The notes beneath the pieces were generated by a model. It saw nothing but the letters and a program-made list of their open reading frames with translations, did not search any database and was not told the origin of the DNA. A DNA stretch of 19,652 nucleotides from Deinococcaceae bacterium (GTDB lineage Bacteria > Deinococcota > Deinococci > Deinococcales > Trueperaceae), in the NCBI GenBank assembly GCA_040256005.1, contig JBDZWC010000048.1, forward strand, positions 1 to 19,652, in the 5' to 3' direction. Positions 16,349-19,652 of the stretch are shown here, in pieces (the first letter of the stretch is position 1; every line of letters begins with the position of its first letter). The position numbers and the translations under genes were made by a program.

Positions 16349-17410
16349 TTAGCGGGTGACCGTCTGGCGCTGCGGCCCCAGCTTGCGGGCCAGGTCGGCC
16401 ATGGCCCCACGGGCGTGCACCAAGCCGTTCTCCACGAAGATCTCGGAGGTCTTGGTGCCGCTGGCCGCCGAGCCCACGACGTACAGGTTGGGCACGTTCG
16501 TCTCGTACGTGTCCCGGTCCACCTGCGCCTTACGGGTCTCCGGGTCGACCTGGGCGCCGGCACCCTCGATGAGCCAGGTGGGCGCGGAGTAACCCGTGAG
16601 CACGAACACCTGGTCCGCCGGGAGCGCTTCCTCGCTCTGGGGATCGTCTAGCGGTGACAACACCACAGCGCCCTCCTCGAACCTCTTGACCACGGTGGAG
16701 AAGCGTGCGGCGATGGACCCTTCCTTGATGCGGTTCTCCAGGTTGGGCCGGATCCAGTACTTGAGCGTGCGCTTCATGTCCTCGCCGCGGTGGACGATTG
16801 TGACCTGAGCTCCTGCCCGGTACAGGTCCAGTGCGGCGTCTGCGGCGCTTGAGCCACCACCCACGACGACGATAGGGCGACCGAAGTATGGGTGGGCCTC
16901 CGTGTAGTAGTGCGAGACGTGCAGCATGTCCTCGCCGGGGACGCCCAGCAGGTTCGGGTTGTCGAAGTAGCCCGTGGCCACGACGACGGCCTTGGCGGTG
17001 ACCGTGCCCGTCAAGCCCGAGCGAGCCGCGGCTTCTGCCGTGACCGCGAAGCGCGTGTCGTGGTCCTCTTGCGCGTCGCGAAGCGGCGCGACCGCCGTCA
17101 CGCGGCTGAACGTCCTGATGTTGAGCTCCTCGTTGGCCACGACCTTGCGGTAGTAGTCCAGCGCTTCCTTGCGTGTTGGCTTGTCGGCCGTCGTGACGAG
17201 CGGATGACCGCCCACCTCGAGCCGTTCAGACGTCGTGAAGAACAACATGTAAACCGGGTAGCGGGCGATGGCCGCCACGACGGGCCCCTGATCCAGGAGC
17301 AGGTGGGAGAGGCCGCTGCGTTTGGCGAGGATGGCGCACTCGATGCCGATGGGCCCGGCGCCGACGATGATGACGTCGCACGTTTGGCCGGTCGATCCTC
17401 GGCTGGTCAT
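16349..17410 (-). CDS. ypdA: YpdA-family bacillithiol disulfide reductase (FAD/NADPH oxidoreductase)
   Basis: GAGPIGIECA, YPVYMLFFTTSERLEVGG, KPTRKEALDYYR, ATGYFDNPN, HYYTEAHPY, KYWIRP and IFVENG are YpdA hallmarks. Confidence 0.9.
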   Translation of the reverse strand: MTSRGSTGQTCDVIIVGAGPIGIECAILAKRSGLSHLLLDQGPVVAAIARYPVYMLFFTTSERLEVGGHPLVTTADKPTRKEALDYYRKVVANEELNIRTFSRVTAVAPLRDAQEDHDTRFAVTAEAAARSGLTGTVTAKAVVVATGYFDNPNLLGVPGEDMLHVSHYYTEAHPYFGRPIVVVGGGSSAADAALDLYRAGAQVTIVHRGEDMKRTLKYWIRPNLENRIKEGSIAARFSTVVKRFEEGAVVLSPLDDPQSEEALPADQVFVLTGYSAPTWLIEGAGAQVDPETRKAQVDRDTYETNVPNLYVVGSAASGTKTSEIFVENGLVHARGAMADLARKLGPQRQTVTR

Positions 17411-17508
17411 GCCGGAGCCTGTACTTCTGTCACTGACGCCATCGCTTGGTACCCCGCGCTCATGGCGCCAACCTAACAGGCGCCCGTGAGGGCTCCGATG
17501 GACCGGTG

Positions 17509-18249
17509 TTACTCACGCCCAGGCTGTCTCGTCTTGCGCCTGGCGGGGGCCGGTATACGCCCAGCTTCGGTTCGCTTCTGCCTAGGCCGTCTCGGCTCTC
17601 CCACCTTGCCGCACGACGGGCAATCTGGGCACAGTGGACAGACCTCACAGGCGGGCCGCCTGGCCGTGCAGACGCGTCTGCCGTGGAGGATCAGAGCGTG
17701 GTGGAGGAACACCCACTGCTCGGAAGGGAACGTCTTCTGCAGGTCAAGCTCGACCTTGTCAGGGTCCGTGTGGCGCGTGAGCGCAAGGCGCCGGGAGACC
17801 CTACCCACGTGCGTGTCCACCGCGATCGTCTCGCGCCCGAACGCGTTGGCCAGCACCACGTTGGCCGTCTTGCGGCCCACGCCCGGGAGGGTCGTCAACT
17901 CCTCCATGGAGTCCGGGACCTCCCCGCCGTAGCGCTCGACGATGGCACGGGCCGTAGCCACCGCGTTGCGTGCCTTCGTGCGAAACAGGCCGATGGTGAG
18001 TATGTACGGCTCGACCTCCTCCGGAGTGGCCGTCGCCATGGCCTCAGCGTCCGGATAGGCAGCGAAGAGGGCCGGGGTGGCGGCGTTGACGCTGACGTCC
18101 GTGGCCTGCGCCGATAGCAGGGTGGCGATCAGCAGTTGGAAGGGCGAACCGAAGTCCAGCTCGGTCTTCGCGTCGGGGTAGAGGTCTCTGAGGCCAGCCA
18201 AGATCCGCTGAGCGCGTTCTCGTTTCTTGGCCAGGCTCTCGCGGGACAC
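17509..18249 (-). CDS. nth: Endonuclease III (HhH-GPD DNA glycosylase/AP lyase)
   Basis: LSAQATD, LPGVGRKTAN, VDTHV and C-x6-C-x2-C-x5-C 4Fe-4S motif. TAGCAT -10 lies 6 nt upstream of the GTG. Confidence 0.95.
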   Translation of the reverse strand: MSRESLAKKRERAQRILAGLRDLYPDAKTELDFGSPFQLLIATLLSAQATDVSVNAATPALFAAYPDAEAMATATPEEVEPYILTIGLFRTKARNAVATARAIVERYGGEVPDSMEELTTLPGVGRKTANVVLANAFGRETIAVDTHVGRVSRRLALTRHTDPDKVELDLQKTFPSEQWVFLHHALILHGRRVCTARRPACEVCPLCPDCPSCGKVGEPRRPRQKRTEAGRIPAPARRKTRQPGRE

Positions 18250-18454
18250 CTCGTGATGCTACCCGCGTCACGCGCAGGCCGTTCCGGCGGAACACGGCTG
18301 CAGGACCACGATTCCAGGCCTTGCCCCAGGCTGATAAGTGAGCGATTCACCAGTCTCACGGCCCCCTCACGAGATAGCCTGAACGGCAGTGTTCTCGCGC
18401 CCGGACCGGCATGCCGGTGCGAGACGACCCGTCACGGCGGGCGAGGAGGCTTCG

Positions 18455-19652
18455 ATGCCCGTATTCGAGTACAAGGCGCGCGACCGCACTGGGAAGCTCA
18501 TCGCCGCCACCATGGAGGCGGCCTCCGAGCGCGACGTCGCGGCCTCGTTGAGGCAAAAAGGCTACTTCATCAGCGAGATCAAGTCGCCGAAAGCGGGCCT
18601 GAACGCAGACATCAAGCTGCCCAAGTGGCTTGACTTCGGCTCCATCCCCAACGTACGTGACATCACGATCTTCTCGCGGCAGTTCGCGACGGTCATCAAC
18701 GCTGGCCTGCCCGTGGTGCAGAGCCTCGCCATCCTCCAGCGGCAGGCCGAGAAGCAGGGCCTCAAAGACGCGCTCAGGCGCGTGCGCGAGGATGTCGAGA
18801 CCGGCCAGAACCTCTCGGACGCGCTATCGCGCCACCCTCGCCTGTTCAACAAGCTGTACATCTACCTCGTTCGCGCTGGCGAGGTCTCGGGCAACCTGGA
18901 CGGCATCCTCGAGCGCATCGCCGCGTACATGGAGAAGCAGGCGGCGCTGCGAGGCAAGATCCGCACGGCCCTCACGTACCCCACGGTGGTCCTCGTGATC
19001 GCCCTCGCCGTCACGTGGTTCCTGCTCACTGGGATCGTGCCGCAGTTCGCCCAGATCCTCGACCAGTTGGGCGGTGAGCTGCCGGTCATCACGAGGGCAC
19101 TTATCGCGATCTCGGACTTCTTGCGCTTCCAGTGGTGGTTGCTGGCCATCATCGTCGTCGGGATCGTGGTCGGTATCGGCGTCTTCTACCGAACACCGAA
19201 CGGCCGCCGCACGATAGACAGGTTGCTCCTGCGCACACCTGTCATCGGCACGCTCGTACAGAAGAGCGCCATCGCGAGCTTCTCGAACACCTTCGGGCTG
19301 CTCCTGCGCTCGGGCGTGAACATCATCGAGTCCATCGACATCACCAAGGGCACCGCCGGCAACGCCATCGTGGAGGACATCCTCACCGAGACCAAGGATG
19401 GCGTGCAGCGCGGCGAGCAGATCAGCACGACGCTGATGAAGTACCCGCGAGTGTTCCCGCCCATGGTCTCGTCGATGGTCGCCATCGGTGAGGAGACCGG
19501 CGCGGTCGACTCGATGCTGCAGAAGGTCGCGGACTTCTACGAACGCGAGGTCGACGAGGCCGTCGACAGCCTGACCGCGGCCCTCGAGCCCGCCCTGATC
19601 GTGTTCCTCGGCGTCATCGTCGGCTTCATCGTGGCCGGCATGTTCCTGCCGA
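18455..19652 (+). CDS. pilC: Type IV pilus platform protein PilC (T2SS F family), 3'-truncated by window; absent from the ORF track
   Basis: GAGGAGG SD at 18443-18449. Translation gives MPVFEYKARDRTGK ... FSRQFATVINAGLP ... AGEVSGNLD ... ALTYP ... IGEETGAVDSML ... LEP. Confidence 0.95.
   Translation, partial: MPVFEYKARDRTGKLIAATMEAASERDVAASLRQKGYFISEIKSPKAGLNADIKLPKWLDFGSIPNVRDITIFSRQFATVINAGLPVVQSLAILQRQAEKQGLKDALRRVREDVETGQNLSDALSRHPRLFNKLYIYLVRAGEVSGNLDGILERIAAYMEKQAALRGKIRTALTYPTVVLVIALAVTWFLLTGIVPQFAQILDQLGGELPVITRALIAISDFLRFQWWLLAIIVVGIVVGIGVFYRTPNGRRTIDRLLLRTPVIGTLVQKSAIASFSNTFGLLLRSGVNIIESIDITKGTAGNAIVEDILTETKDGVQRGEQISTTLMKYPRVFPPMVSSMVAIGEETGAVDSMLQKVADFYEREVDEAVDSLTAALEPALIVFLGVIVGFIVAGMFLP

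Noticed and set aside
17425..17441. RDRM/DdrO-like box TTCTGTCACTGACGCCA upstream of ypdA
   Set aside because: The left half fits but the right half has two mismatches, which is too weak without a PWM scan.

Overview
GC-rich (~70%) bacterial chromosomal window, probably Deinococcota (Truepera/Trueperaceae-like). This is an inference from gene content and from repeated leaderless TANNNT promoters. It holds 20 CDSs, two cut by the window edges. In order: thiolase (5'-partial); minus-strand metallophosphoesterase, M42 aminopeptidase, alpha/beta hydrolase, enoyl-CoA hydratase, 3-hydroxybutyryl-CoA dehydrogenase and DeoD-type nucleoside phosphorylase; two tandem Roadblock/LC7 proteins; a DUF3467-like protein; a 434-bp intergenic region; a DsbA-like protein; a PP2C phosphatase coupled to a membrane-anchored Ser/Thr kinase with NHL repeats; a four-gene minus-strand operon (two Lia/Psp-like membrane proteins, DHH-CBS-tRNA nucleotidyltransferase, site-2-protease homolog); YpdA bacillithiol reductase; endonuclease III; and pilC (3'-partial). 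No rRNA, tRNA, CRISPR array or mobile element is evident. The most unusual observations are two intact genes with degenerate metal sites (S2P HExxH to HNMVQ; phosphoesterase GNHD to GAAD and GHTH to GSTH), a kinase whose NHL propeller appears cytoplasmic, a 14-bp phased GGG repeat, and a candidate ~100-nt structured RNA in the 7209-7642 intergenic region.
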